Shown piece after piece: positions 8,851 through 19,371 of a DNA stretch of 64,000 nt. Numbering within the stretch: the stretch's first letter is position 1; the number at the start of each line of letters is the position of its first letter. The notes beneath the pieces are model-generated. The model ran no database searches and had not been told where the DNA came from. It was given only the letters and a program-made list of their open reading frames with translations. The position numbers and the translations under genes are program-made. The stretch comes from a virus: positions 1 through 64,000 of IMG/VR virus record IMGVR_UViG_3300000956_000002; one strand, written 5' to 3'.

Positions 8851-9086
8851 GTTGAGGGAAATCTTTTCATGGGTGGTATTCATCATGATACCGGTTTCAG
8901 CTTTTCTTATTTTATATAGCCGAGAGATTTTCGGCCCAACCCCACCAAAGGAACAAGCGAAAATATGAACAACATTCAAATCTTCGTTCTAAGCCTGACA
9001 ATGTTTGTTCTGGAATTATTCGACCGCGTAAAAGCGTTACCCTCACTGTCCGTATTGCGAAGGCTGCGGCTGTCATCGGTGCAACA

Positions 9087-9584
9087 ATGGAAAATAACAA
9101 TATGAATAACAACCAACCCCAATCTCAACCCGAAGTCCAGCAGGGGGAGAAAGAACCAGCAGGTTTAACGCACCCACAAATTCACTGCGACTACTACACT
9201 TGGCTGGAAACAGTAAAGCAGGACCACATAATGATGGGCCTGATCGAGAAGCACGCTACAAGCTTTGTAGGGGCTCACGCTCTCATGATGGAAGCTTGGA
9301 GTCGTTCAAGGGAATTGCTGGCCAAGCGGATCAAATCCAAACCTTCCATCAAATCCCAACTCGAAGCGTTGGTTGGGGAGTTGGGGAAAGAATTTGATGA
9401 CGATACAATTCTTCAACTTTGTCGCGAAGCTGGATTTGATGAACGTCAATGGAAAGCGATGACATACGACCGACAGCCTTATGATGTGACTGTCCCAAGC
9501 TTCGCGCTTAAACAATTCGTGAAGTTCTTTAAAGTAAAACAGACCACCCGCATCCGCGAACTTTTGAAAGGACAAAATGAATAG
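9087..9584 (+). CDS. hypothetical protein
   Basis: Coupled ORF. Confidence 0.55.
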   Translation: MENNNMNNNQPQSQPEVQQGEKEPAGLTHPQIHCDYYTWLETVKQDHIMMGLIEKHATSFVGAHALMMEAWSRSRELLAKRIKSKPSIKSQLEALVGELGKEFDDDTILQLCREAGFDERQWKAMTYDRQPYDVTVPSFALKQFVKFFKVKQTTRIRELLKGQNE

Positions 9585-9888
9585 TGAGAAACAGCAGGAG
9601 AACGAAGAACGGCCTTTAGAGGTTGAAGTTCTTGATGGTCGCATTGTCATTTCGATTGGTATTGAGACCTTGAAATATTGCCACAATCAACTTGAGGAAC
9701 TTCAGGTTAAAGAGGGTTGCGACTGTAAGGGCTTTTTAATCGAGGACGCCGAGGGGTTTGCTCGCGATTTCGTGAACCAGCTTCATAAAGATAGGGAGGA
9801 TGGATCAACCAAGCTGACTGATCTGTTTGACGAAATCATGCTGGACACTGCGAACAATGGGAGCATCCACACCAGAAATTCAAAATGA
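9577..9888 (+). CDS. hypothetical phage protein
   Basis: Coupled ORF (ISIGIETL...EDGSTKL..LFD). Confidence 0.6.
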   Translation: MNSEKQQENEERPLEVEVLDGRIVISIGIETLKYCHNQLEELQVKEGCDCKGFLIEDAEGFARDFVNQLHKDREDGSTKLTDLFDEIMLDTANNGSIHTRNSK

Positions 9889-10856
9889 ACACTGACCGAC
9901 CAACCCCACGAGAAGAGAAATGTCCGACCTGCGGCGGCGTAGGAGGAATTGATAGTGGTGGGATGACCCCCTGGGGAGAGGGAATAAATATTCCCTGTCC
10001 GTCATGCTCGCCTGCCACCCAACCCGAACCCGCGAAGGACTTTTTATCCCCATGGCCGAATGATGTGGATGGCGAGCCAATGACGAGGAGCGAACCCGCG
10101 AAAATGCCACATTGCGCAGCCCCTGCGTGTAGTGGAGTGGCAATAAATTCATCGGGCTTTTGTGAGCGACATCAACCTGAACCCGCGAAGGATGAGTGGG
10201 AAGAAAAACTAAAGATGCATTTAGTTCATCATCCTGCCTGCAAAATTCTAAACACGCCCGGACTGGCTGACTTAATGATGGCGGGAAAGTTTCCTCAATG
10301 CTCTTGCGACTACGAGTCTGTCGCCAATCGGATTGTGGAGGCGGTGAAGCTTCAAGGCCGCTTCGAATGGTGTAGTGTCGGTAATCACAATTTGGGAGGT
10401 TGGGAAATTCAATACCGACTCGATGATGGGCGCCATTATGTTTACGACGAGACTGGAGCATTTGTTTGGAGTGGTGAACCAAAGTTCAACGCTTGGCGGT
10501 GCGGCCAAATGGATCGCGAGTTAAAGTCTCTTCGCGCCGAACTCGAACAGGCCAAAACAGAGAATCAAAAGCTCAGGCAAATCGTTTCCGATAGCGTTCA
10601 AGCTCTCGAATCTGGCGCGGTATCGCCGACAGCCTCTCTCGAATTCATGGCCGAGGTGCCAAAAGAAATCAGACTCGTCGTGCAATCTTATCGCGCCAAG
10701 ATTGAGGGGTTGGAGAAGTTTGCAGAACACGACGATGAATGCCCTGCGAAATGTCTGATGTCAAGAAACGATCCTCTTTGTAGATGTGGGCTCTCTGCGC
10801 TTTTGGAGGGGAGGCACACCGTAGTTCAAGGCCCTTTGGCTTCCGTATCAAAATAA
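9885..10856 (+). CDS. modular Cys-rich phage protein with (Q)PEPAK linkers
   Basis: Several CxxC/HxxxC motifs, a coiled coil and three EPAK repeats. Confidence 0.6.
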   Translation: MNTDRPTPREEKCPTCGGVGGIDSGGMTPWGEGINIPCPSCSPATQPEPAKDFLSPWPNDVDGEPMTRSEPAKMPHCAAPACSGVAINSSGFCERHQPEPAKDEWEEKLKMHLVHHPACKILNTPGLADLMMAGKFPQCSCDYESVANRIVEAVKLQGRFEWCSVGNHNLGGWEIQYRLDDGRHYVYDETGAFVWSGEPKFNAWRCGQMDRELKSLRAELEQAKTENQKLRQIVSDSVQALESGAVSPTASLEFMAEVPKEIRLVVQSYRAKIEGLEKFAEHDDECPAKCLMSRNDPLCRCGLSALLEGRHTVVQGPLASVSK

Positions 10857-10957
10857 GTGCGAGAAGGTATTCTTAAAACTGATTACCCTGATGAACGTCC
10901 GTTGATGTACGGACTCCAAACTGCTAGCGTTTTGGTGAACCCGCTAAAGGAACGGAA

Positions 10958-11173
10958 ATGAAAGCTATGCAGTGCTTGTACTTCGGTCTCAGTCGCAAAG
11001 GTGACGTGGTTATTCCAGCGAAACTTTACAAGACCCAGGAGGAATTGGATCGGGCCATTGAGGATATAAAAAGGCAGTGCGGCGCCGCACGGATCAAAAT
11101 CAACTCTCGTGATTCTTCGGAATTCCGCGTTTCCCGCCTGAAAGCTTCGATCGTCCAGGAATCGCGTATTTAG
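10958..11173 (+). CDS. hypothetical protein
   Basis: ATG with AAGGA upstream. Confidence 0.45.
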   Translation: MKAMQCLYFGLSRKGDVVIPAKLYKTQEELDRAIEDIKRQCGAARIKINSRDSSEFRVSRLKASIVQESRI

Positions 11174-11348
11174 GCGGCGGCTCGTTCAGCACTGACGCGC
11201 GGGCGGCGGTGGCGCGCTCAAGTGTAGGCAGGAACCCCATGACACAATCTTCGCCGACGGAGGCTTCAGAGCGATTCTCGGCCTGCGCAATTGCTTTGAT
11301 GCGCTTCATTGCTTCTTCGTCGAGTCGAATCGAAAACGGAACCCTCAT
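11100..11348 (-). CDS. ribbon-helix-helix (Arc/CopG-like) regulator
   Basis: VPFSIRLDEEAMKRIKAIAQAENRSEASV. Confidence 0.7.
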   Translation of the reverse strand: MRVPFSIRLDEEAMKRIKAIAQAENRSEASVGEDCVMGFLPTLERATAARASVLNEPPPKYAIPGRSKLSGGKRGIPKNHES

Positions 11349-11479
11349 TCGGCGCGTACGAATATGAAGCAATGGTGGCATTGTCAAACGATTTAACTAT
11401 TCCCATATTTTTACATTGACTCAATACAAACAATGCGTATCAATACGGAGCAGAACGCAATGGAAACAACGAACCTAAA

Positions 11480-11767
11480 TTGAGCATTATGAAAGCCACC
11501 ACACCGACACCGGGGAAGAGAACGCGACATATCGAATTCGAAATAGACGCCAATTTGCTGCCTAACGATCAGGCTGTTTTAATCGTGCTTAACGGAAAGG
11601 TTGTCGCGCACATTGCGCCGGCGGATGACGACCCGGCTTCGATTTGCGTTCACAGTCCGAATTTTGACGGGACGCGCGCTGACCCGTTTTCAAAATCCGT
11701 GACGTTTGATCACGGCGGGAATGGGATGCCGCCGCATATCATGATCAAGTTTGCGGAGAGGGAGTGA
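11480..11767 (+). CDS. hypothetical protein
   Basis: Divergent from the RHH gene across an AT-rich promoter region. Confidence 0.5.
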   Translation: MSIMKATTPTPGKRTRHIEFEIDANLLPNDQAVLIVLNGKVVAHIAPADDDPASICVHSPNFDGTRADPFSKSVTFDHGGNGMPPHIMIKFAERE

Positions 11768-12413
11768 AATTCCTATTGACATTTTTACGAACGGTTCCCT
11801 TTGGTTCGAAAAGCATTTCGGTCGGCCATCCGTTTGATATTCTGGAGTGAATTCTGCTCCACGGTGTTTGTTTAATTTCGCACCAATCAGTCAGAGTTTT
11901 GGTTTCTCCATTGAGGGTAATCCAGATTGTGTCTCGACGGTTTTTCGCTTGGTTTGTCCGAGGAATCCAGAGGCAGTTTCCTGGCTCGTAATTTCCATTC
12001 ACATTCTTCCGCTCTATTGAGTAACCGAGCGGACACTCACCCATGTCCTCCAAAAAGTTTAAAAACCCGCCCTTTCCCAACCATCGTTCACAAATCTTGA
12101 TTCCTCTGCCGCCATAGTCTGGATATGCCTTTTCATTAGGGTTTAAGCATCGGCTTTTCATGCCTGCGAAAATCCGGTAGGTTTTTCCGCGGGATTTTCC
12201 ATGAGTAAGGTGGCATTTCCCTTTCATGCTGACCTTATGGCACCCGCACGACTTCGTGTGTCCGCGCACGACGTTGCTCATAAAAACGTCGATCGGCACG
12301 CCGCACTCACACACGCACTGCGCTATAATTTTGTATCCATTATTTTCGGAACGCTTCCATCCAGTGATCGTCAATTTGTTGAACTTTTTGCCAACCGCCT
12401 CTTCCTTCGTCAT
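11745..12413 (-). CDS. HNH-like homing endonuclease (YGGRGI family), copy 2
   Basis: CxCxCG, KSCGC, DYGGRGIKICERW, SIERKNVNGNYEPGNC. Confidence 0.82.
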   Translation of the reverse strand: MTKEEAVGKKFNKLTITGWKRSENNGYKIIAQCVCECGVPIDVFMSNVVRGHTKSCGCHKVSMKGKCHLTHGKSRGKTYRIFAGMKSRCLNPNEKAYPDYGGRGIKICERWLGKGGFLNFLEDMGECPLGYSIERKNVNGNYEPGNCLWIPRTNQAKNRRDTIWITLNGETKTLTDWCEIKQTPWSRIHSRISNGWPTEMLFEPKGTVRKNVNRNFTPSPQT

Positions 12414-12531
12414 AAACAGAAGCACCCGCGCCCCAAGAAAGTAGTCCCGACACATGGCGTGTCGCAGTCTTGGAGCGGGGTGAAAATTTGAGTTTTGTGT
12501 TCAAAGGCTGGACTAAAGCCTAGAACAATCA

Positions 12532-12548
12532 TTCCGTAATTTACGGAA
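12532..12548. promoter_or_regulatory. operator palindrome TTCCGTAATTTACGGAA
   Basis: Perfect 7-bp inverted repeat that recurs in intergenic regions. Confidence 0.65.
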
Positions 12549-12559
12549 ACCCGCAAGCG

Positions 12560-14191
12560 TTATCGTCCAGCGATGCGTAAATGCTGGATTGCCGGCTGAT
12601 TGCTTTTTGCTCTTTCTGGAGTGTTTAGGTACTCGAGGATTTCGCTCCTTAGTCCGTAACGGAGGGCATCAAAACAGTGCTTAAGTGGATCTTTGGGATC
12701 AACGATCTTGTTTGTGCCGCGGCGAATCTCTTGAAGGGACCGTTTTACGTTTGGACAGTTGTTGCCGACGAACAGGCGTTTTTCGCGTAGAAGCATCCGA
12801 ACCAACTTAACGTCATCCTCAACGGTGTGGTCTGCCTTGGAAACCCCGACAAGCTCTATTTGTCCTTCGGTGACTTTGAAAATCATGGCGGCATCTACGC
12901 TATCGTAAGCTGGATTGTACCGATCAGTTGATGACGTGTCGGACCAATGGCGCCAGAGAAATCCAGGGAAAGTCGGAAACCACTTCTTTTTGTAATGCTC
13001 GTTGATTTGGTCCATCCTCGCCAGTGCTTCGAGCGTGATGTCCTTCGTTGAAATTTCCGTTTTGATGTAAACGATTTCCTCCAGAACGCAGACGTAGGGA
13101 ATGCCGTGGTCAACTACGATGTCCAGAATGACGATTGCGCTGTTTACTGACCCGAGGTCCCATCCACTGGCCAGTGTTTCCGTGCTCCGATCAACTGCGA
13201 GTTTTCCCGGAGGAAAATGAATCGGCGGAATGATCAAGTCAGAAAATAATTCCAGTCGGCGCCCACCCGATTTAGGCCACTTGCCTTCGACGTAGATTTC
13301 GTATTCCTCCGGTGGCGCCGATTCGTAACTGGCGATAAGGTCAACGCGCTCGCGATGTTCGAGTTTAACGTTGTCGTTCAGTTGGATTTCAATGAGGCCG
13401 AGACGTTTTTGGAATTCGCGCGCCTCTTCGACCGGGAGTTTGTTTTGCCGAGTTGGATAATCGGGGTCGGTTCGGTCGCGATAAAAAAGCTGCCAAGCCC
13501 AATGATCTTCGCCTTCAAGCGCCGGATTGGTGTCAGAAATCCAGAAGTGATCTTCGTATTTAACGCCGTGCGCGCGCAGGTTGAGTGTGGTGAAGTTGAA
13601 GATGTTTCGAGTTTTGAACGTGGAAAGCTCGATCACCCAAATGGCGGAGAAACGAAGCTGCTTTGTTTTGGCCGCAATTTCATTCTCGTTGTCGATCGAA
13701 AATAGTCGGCACTCCGATTCGCCGCCGAACCTGTTGCGGATTCTGAAAAAAGGTGTTCGAGATTTCGCATCGAGTTTAGTGCTGCCGACCGGGTTCCCTT
13801 CGTCATCCTTGGCGCCGCGCACAAACGTCGTGTATTCGAACACGGCGTCTGGATCATCACCAGGCTCGGTGCTGTTCCCGACGTTTTCGCGCCAGAGCGG
13901 GATGGCGTACTCGATCAGATCCGTCCAACTTCCTCCGTCTGTGGCCACTTTGTACGAGGTCGTGAACAACCCGACTTTTGCTCCATTCGTATTCCAAAGA
14001 TGGGCGCAAATCTTGTGGCAGATGGCGATGGATTTGCCCGTTTTACGGCCTCCACTGACCAGTAAAAAGCGGTCCCGGTTGTAGAGAACTTCGAATTGCT
14101 TGTCGAACAACGGTGGGCGCCATGGCCCATCATCATCCTCTAGGGCATTTAAAACAGGGGACGTTTCTGAGTGTGGGGTTTGAATCGACAT
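12560..14191 (-). CDS. terL: terminase large subunit
   Basis: Walker A GGRKTGKS, Walker B-like WVIE, TNP coupling motif, nuclease GWDLG and HCFDALRYG. Confidence 0.88.
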   Translation of the reverse strand: MSIQTPHSETSPVLNALEDDDGPWRPPLFDKQFEVLYNRDRFLLVSGGRKTGKSIAICHKICAHLWNTNGAKVGLFTTSYKVATDGGSWTDLIEYAIPLWRENVGNSTEPGDDPDAVFEYTTFVRGAKDDEGNPVGSTKLDAKSRTPFFRIRNRFGGESECRLFSIDNENEIAAKTKQLRFSAIWVIELSTFKTRNIFNFTTLNLRAHGVKYEDHFWISDTNPALEGEDHWAWQLFYRDRTDPDYPTRQNKLPVEEAREFQKRLGLIEIQLNDNVKLEHRERVDLIASYESAPPEEYEIYVEGKWPKSGGRRLELFSDLIIPPIHFPPGKLAVDRSTETLASGWDLGSVNSAIVILDIVVDHGIPYVCVLEEIVYIKTEISTKDITLEALARMDQINEHYKKKWFPTFPGFLWRHWSDTSSTDRYNPAYDSVDAAMIFKVTEGQIELVGVSKADHTVEDDVKLVRMLLREKRLFVGNNCPNVKRSLQEIRRGTNKIVDPKDPLKHCFDALRYGLRSEILEYLNTPERAKSNQPAIQHLRIAGR

Positions 14192-14247
14192 TTCCGTATT
14201 TGCTTGCATTTTACGGAAATTACGGGATTGCTCAAGGCAGAAGCGCC

Positions 14248-16836
14248 ATGATCGATCTCAACATCCTCAAAGACTGCGGCATCTCGGCGGAGACGCTGAA
14301 GGATAAGTTCACGCTGAAGGCGCAGCAGGATGCCAAGGCGCGGTGGAGCGATCGACTGGAGTTTGGTGAAGCAGGGCAGAAGGAAAAGATAGGGCGCTTG
14401 TTGGCGCGGATTTGGGCGCGGATCGAGCAGGGCCGGAATTACGGGATCAAACATTATCGGATTTACGAGGCGATCGACGATTCATGGAATTCACCTTTGA
14501 ACCAGGTCACGCCTTCGATGTTGTGGTCGCTGATCGACAAGGATGTGTCGCCGGATACCACGATAGAGAAGCTGAAGTCATGGGGGATTCGGGTGGAGGA
14601 TTACGTTCACGAGACGCCGGATCCGAAAACGCCGGGGAAAACTCAGAAGCAGGTAGAAATTCCGGCCTTCATGCGGCCGCGGGTGAGTTTGGCGAAGAAT
14701 TACACGGAAATCCGCTGGGCGACGTTGGTGAATGATCGGAAGGCGGTGCCGTTTTTCAAATACGAGCCGGCGATCGCCAACCAAGTGACGCAGATGCGGT
14801 GCGAAGTGATTACCGCGCGCGTCGAGGAGATGGCCAATCAATACAACTACCGCGAGTTGGATAAGCAGATGCGCCTGCGGTTGTTGAAATATGGCAGGCA
14901 ATTCAGTTTTCCGCTGGAAGCATGGCATTGGGAATCGCAGTTGGTGGGGGCCGACAGCGGCTATGCCGGCGTGCCGAAGAAGGATGGGGAGGAACGGACA
15001 GAATACGCGTCGGCCGGTGAATCGGCGGATGAGAACGTGACGATCGATGGGACGTATTCGGGGAACGCGGTTGAGGCCATGACGGAAGAGGACGGCGCGC
15101 TGGGAACAGCGAGCCCCACCCCAAAGGCGAAGTATATCGAGGCGACGGTCAAGGAAGGCATCCGGTATCACCTGCCGCATCCAGCGCGGACGTATTGCGA
15201 CCTGGCGCATTGGGCGGCGACGTTCAACTCCGACAGCGGCGCGCGATATGCGGGTTACTGGAAAGTGATGCGCTTCGGCGAACTGGCGGCGTGCCGGGAT
15301 TATTGGAACATCGATCGCATCAAAATTTCGAATTCGGGCAGTTGGTACACGGCGGGAAAAGGAATTTTCGAGAACGTGTATCCGTGCGTGATGGAATTTC
15401 CGTCGGCGGTTGGACAGAGCGCCGGGGTTGGCGAACACGACGGTGAACGAGTAGTCGGCGACGGGTTCTACGCGAGCACGATGGAGGATAGCGGGATTCT
15501 GGTGAATCACTATTTCGAGAAGCTGAACCCAAAAGAGAACGGGCTGGGCGATTACGATTACGACGTGTGGTTCCGTTTCGTGGTGGCGGCCGATGGCACG
15601 GTGATTTACTGCGAGCCGCTGCCATACTGCCCGGTAGGGTATGTGGGATACGATGCGGATGAAGCGAATGTTTTCCAGTCGAGCATGATGCTGGAGATCA
15701 TTCCGTGGGAAACGCATCTCAACAACCTGTTTTCCCAATACATCATCAGCGTGATCCAGAATTGCTACAACATCACGCAGGTCGATACTGATATTGTTCC
15801 GGAGGATGCGATCCAAGGGCTTGGGAAAATTCCAAGCCTGGCGAACCTCACGACGATCTTAAGATTTTCCGGTAACGAACTGGCCAAGCGTCAGAAAGAA
15901 GTCCGCGCGTTATACAGCGAGCGGTTGTCGCTGTTGAACACGCAGGAAATTGCGCAGGCGATCAAGACGTGTTTGGAACTAACAGAACGCCTACTGGTGA
16001 TGAGCCCGCAGGAAATGGGACAGGCGGCGAGCCACGAGCAGACGCGCGAGGAGGTTCGAGTGGTTTCCGCGAATTCGAGTTCACGATTGGAATTCACGGG
16101 CAACGCGATGGAGCCGTGGACCGACAGAATCAAGCGCATCAACTACGAAGGGCTCATGGCTTATGGCGACGATGAATTTTACGCCCAGGTCCCGTGCTCG
16201 CCGGACCTTCAAGATAAAGAAACGCGCGAAGGTGTTCTTCAGGCCCTCGGGTTCACGTACGAAGGGATCGACGACGAAACGGGGCGGTTGACGGTCAAGG
16301 CCAGCTTGAAGGAATTGAAACGGATGGGCGGCGGGTCGAGCGAAAAGACGGCGATTCCGTATGACAAATTTGTGGCCAACCGGGATTCGCGCGATCGCAT
16401 CAACGAACGCGAGAACGCGCAACAGCAGGTGGCATTTATCGATCGGGTGCTGGCCAACCCGATGCTGATGCAGGCGGTGGGGCCAGACCAGGGCATTGCG
16501 ATGATGAATCGCGTGGCGCGCGGATTGGGATTTGATCGCGACTTCAAGCTGGTGAACAAGATGAACGATGCACAGATGTTGCAGCAGCACACCGAGCAAA
16601 TCATGCAGGGCGTGCAGCAACGGCTTGAGCAAAACAACCAGCAGATGGCCGAGCAGATTAAGGGCATCGTGGATTTGGTCGGGAAGAAAAACGCCGAGCA
16701 GGATGCGCAGATCAAGGCGCTGGCTGGATCGCAGATGCGCGCCATTCGTGGATTGCCACCTGGAGCCGGCGGGATGAACGAAATGCCTGGGATGGAATCG
16801 CCGATGCAGTCGCCGATGGACCAGATGGTCGCCTAA
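14248..16836 (+). CDS. probable portal protein
   Basis: ~860 aa, adjacent to terminase, Q/M-rich C-terminal tail typical of P22/N4-type portals. Confidence 0.7.
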   Translation: MIDLNILKDCGISAETLKDKFTLKAQQDAKARWSDRLEFGEAGQKEKIGRLLARIWARIEQGRNYGIKHYRIYEAIDDSWNSPLNQVTPSMLWSLIDKDVSPDTTIEKLKSWGIRVEDYVHETPDPKTPGKTQKQVEIPAFMRPRVSLAKNYTEIRWATLVNDRKAVPFFKYEPAIANQVTQMRCEVITARVEEMANQYNYRELDKQMRLRLLKYGRQFSFPLEAWHWESQLVGADSGYAGVPKKDGEERTEYASAGESADENVTIDGTYSGNAVEAMTEEDGALGTASPTPKAKYIEATVKEGIRYHLPHPARTYCDLAHWAATFNSDSGARYAGYWKVMRFGELAACRDYWNIDRIKISNSGSWYTAGKGIFENVYPCVMEFPSAVGQSAGVGEHDGERVVGDGFYASTMEDSGILVNHYFEKLNPKENGLGDYDYDVWFRFVVAADGTVIYCEPLPYCPVGYVGYDADEANVFQSSMMLEIIPWETHLNNLFSQYIISVIQNCYNITQVDTDIVPEDAIQGLGKIPSLANLTTILRFSGNELAKRQKEVRALYSERLSLLNTQEIAQAIKTCLELTERLLVMSPQEMGQAASHEQTREEVRVVSANSSSRLEFTGNAMEPWTDRIKRINYEGLMAYGDDEFYAQVPCSPDLQDKETREGVLQALGFTYEGIDDETGRLTVKASLKELKRMGGGSSEKTAIPYDKFVANRDSRDRINERENAQQQVAFIDRVLANPMLMQAVGPDQGIAMMNRVARGLGFDRDFKLVNKMNDAQMLQQHTEQIMQGVQQRLEQNNQQMAEQIKGIVDLVGKKNAEQDAQIKALAGSQMRAIRGLPPGAGGMNEMPGMESPMQSPMDQMVA

Positions 16837-16860
16837 CGATTTTTAAAACACAAAAACCCC

Positions 16861-17655
16861 ATGAACTATCACGCACAAAACCTATCGGACGGAAAACACT
16901 CAATCTTTTGGTGGGGCCGCGCATGGCTCGAACTCCTTTCTAGAAGATTTAGGACAGAATGGATTTTTGGGAGACGGGCTGGTGGGCCGTCTTTTAAAAT
17001 CGAGTTCGGAGAAGGTGATTCCGATGCAGATTTAACGCTTCACTTTTCCGTCCCGTGGATTTTCTCACTGTGGCTCACGATCGAGAATGTCTGGAGAACG
17101 AAGCCGTTTTGGATTGGATTCTACATCTACGAAAAGGTTGCCTACTGCATTTCGATCGCTGCGTTCACGAACGAAAAACGGCACAATGATCCATGGTATC
17201 GAAAAACGATCTATCGCGATTTCCCCTGGGCGCTGACGTGGCACTCCACGGAAATTCTTTGTGAGTCCGCTGAGACAGGGTGGGCAGTCGTATATCGAGA
17301 GGATCGCAAAACACGAAAATGCCGAGACACATTTGAAGTCATGCGCGAGAAGGAGGCGGCTGAAATCAAAGTCAGCAGCAAGTGGCCTTATCGATACGTT
17401 TTGAAAAACGGGACAGTGCAAGATGTTGTCGCCACGATGCACGTCAACCGCATGGAGTGGCGTGCCCGTTGGTGGCCCATAATACCCATTAAAAAATCCC
17501 GCACGAGCATCAGCGTGGATTTCTCTGATGAAGTCGGAGAAGGAACCGGTTCATGGAAAGGCGGGACCATTGGATGTGGATACGACATGTTGCCCGGCGA
17601 AAAGGCTATCGAATGTCTCCGCCGAATGGAGCGCGAACGGAAATTTGATCGATAA
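16861..17655 (+). CDS. hypothetical protein inserted in head module
   Basis: 264-aa Trp-rich ORF with lower GC. Confidence 0.6.
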   Translation: MNYHAQNLSDGKHSIFWWGRAWLELLSRRFRTEWIFGRRAGGPSFKIEFGEGDSDADLTLHFSVPWIFSLWLTIENVWRTKPFWIGFYIYEKVAYCISIAAFTNEKRHNDPWYRKTIYRDFPWALTWHSTEILCESAETGWAVVYREDRKTRKCRDTFEVMREKEAAEIKVSSKWPYRYVLKNGTVQDVVATMHVNRMEWRARWWPIIPIKKSRTSISVDFSDEVGEGTGSWKGGTIGCGYDMLPGEKAIECLRRMERERKFDR

Positions 17656-17681
17656 TCTCACAACTTCAACAAAACCCCATT

Positions 17682-19304
17682 ATGCCTAAAACCAGCAAAC
17701 CAGCCGGCGGAACTCCCGCTGAAACGCCAAGTTCAACCGCAACTCCACCTGCCGCGGAAACTCCGCCAGCGACCGAGACTCCGGCGGCCGAGCCAAAGCC
17801 GACGCCGACGCCGGAAGAACTCCAGAAGGCGGCGGATGAAATGGTCAATCTTCTGAGTCGCCCGGTGAATTCCTTCGTGAACGCGAGGATCAAGGAGGAA
17901 CAGGCCAAGGCGGAGAAGATTTCAACCGCGGATGCGGATGAGAATCCGGAAAAGGATTTGAAGCAAGACGATGCTCCGGAAGGAGGTGAGAAACAGGAAG
18001 GAGCGGAAACACCGACGGAAGAAAAGCCTGCCGAACCGGCGCCTGAACCTGAATCTCCGCCGAGCGGAGAGCGATTTGTGCCTGGCGCGATGACGCCGGA
18101 GGAGATCAAGGCCACCGCGCGCGAGGCCGTGCGTGAAGAGATTGAAGCGCGCGAGCCGGAGCCCGCGGAGCCGCCGGCAGTTCCACGTGGAACGCCTGAA
18201 GATGAAGGTTTATCGGAGGCTGCCCAGGATCAATTGGTGGTCCTGAGGGAAATGGCCGCACTGAATCCGGCGCATAAGGATTTGCCGGAACGCCAGAAGA
18301 AATTTTGGAAGCAGGAGGAGAAGTATCGCGCGCAATGGGAACAGGCAAATCCCGGCGCGGCGTTCGATCCGAACTCTGGCGATCACGCGTCGTTCTACAA
18401 AAACGAACCGTTTGTCCCCATGCGCGATTTCAAGGCCGCAGAACGTTCGATCATTGCGCGCGAGGCTGAGGAGCGGGCGGTAAATCGTCTCCGGAAGGAG
18501 CAGGAGCCACGTTTGCGCGAGATCGAATTGAAGGAGCGCGAGCGCGAGGCGGCGCCGGAGATTGCGAATTCGGTGGCGGATACGGCCGAGGAGGTTTTTG
18601 CGTCCGTCCCGCAGTTCAAGGACCTGTTCAAACCAAAGGCGTTATCCAAGGCGGATATGGAAAAAGCCGAGCAGATCAATCCGATCCTGGCCGACGACGC
18701 ACAGGCCGAGATGGAACGGGCGGTTGTGCTGGTTGGGGAACTTGAAAAACTGACGCGACTGCCTGGGCATTACCAAATCGATTACTCGAAGAAGCACAAG
18801 GCCAAGAACGGCCAGGTCATCGCGCCGCATGTCGAACTGGAACACGAAGCCGGCGAGGCTGAGGTGGAATTGCTCAAGAAAAGCGAGCGCAACGGCAAGA
18901 AGTTGATCTCCGTAGCCGAGCGCGATGCTCGAGTACAGCAGATCAACCGGATGCCGGCGGCGAGGATGAAACAGGCGGCGGAAGAGTTGTTTGCGCGCTA
19001 CGATTGGCTGCAACCAAGCGACACACGAGCGCACATTATCGCGAAATCCAAGGCCAGATTGAGTCAAAAGGCCGAGCGCTTCGCAAAAATCACGCCGACA
19101 GCGGCTCAAAACTCAGCGCCCGACAACAAACCAGCGCCATCAACGCCGAAACCTGCGGCAACTCCAGCAAAACCAAGCGGAAAAGCCGGTTTGCCGAGGG
19201 GCACTTCAGGTGTTTCATCGTCCGACGTAGCGGACAATGCGCCGAAAACCAAGAGCGAAGTCGAAAAAACAGCAGATTTTCTGGTGAATCGCTACCGCCC
19301 GTAA
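17682..19304 (+). CDS. probable scaffold/head assembly protein
   Basis: P/E/A-rich disordered ends, helical, directly before the capsid candidate. Confidence 0.6.
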   Translation: MPKTSKPAGGTPAETPSSTATPPAAETPPATETPAAEPKPTPTPEELQKAADEMVNLLSRPVNSFVNARIKEEQAKAEKISTADADENPEKDLKQDDAPEGGEKQEGAETPTEEKPAEPAPEPESPPSGERFVPGAMTPEEIKATAREAVREEIEAREPEPAEPPAVPRGTPEDEGLSEAAQDQLVVLREMAALNPAHKDLPERQKKFWKQEEKYRAQWEQANPGAAFDPNSGDHASFYKNEPFVPMRDFKAAERSIIAREAEERAVNRLRKEQEPRLREIELKEREREAAPEIANSVADTAEEVFASVPQFKDLFKPKALSKADMEKAEQINPILADDAQAEMERAVVLVGELEKLTRLPGHYQIDYSKKHKAKNGQVIAPHVELEHEAGEAEVELLKKSERNGKKLISVAERDARVQQINRMPAARMKQAAEELFARYDWLQPSDTRAHIIAKSKARLSQKAERFAKITPTAAQNSAPDNKPAPSTPKPAATPAKPSGKAGLPRGTSGVSSSDVADNAPKTKSEVEKTADFLVNRYRP

Positions 19305-19371
19305 CAGGTTTAGGTCGAATAGTTTCCGTATTCCGTGAGTTACGGATGAAACATTTGACCTTAAACTTGTT

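Noticed and set aside
14578-15816. 412-aa antisense ORF in the portal gene (similar ones at 20161-21099 and 54341-55216)
   Set aside because: Shadow ORFs from high GC3 bias with no motifs, unlike the same-strand overlaps at 39-40 kb
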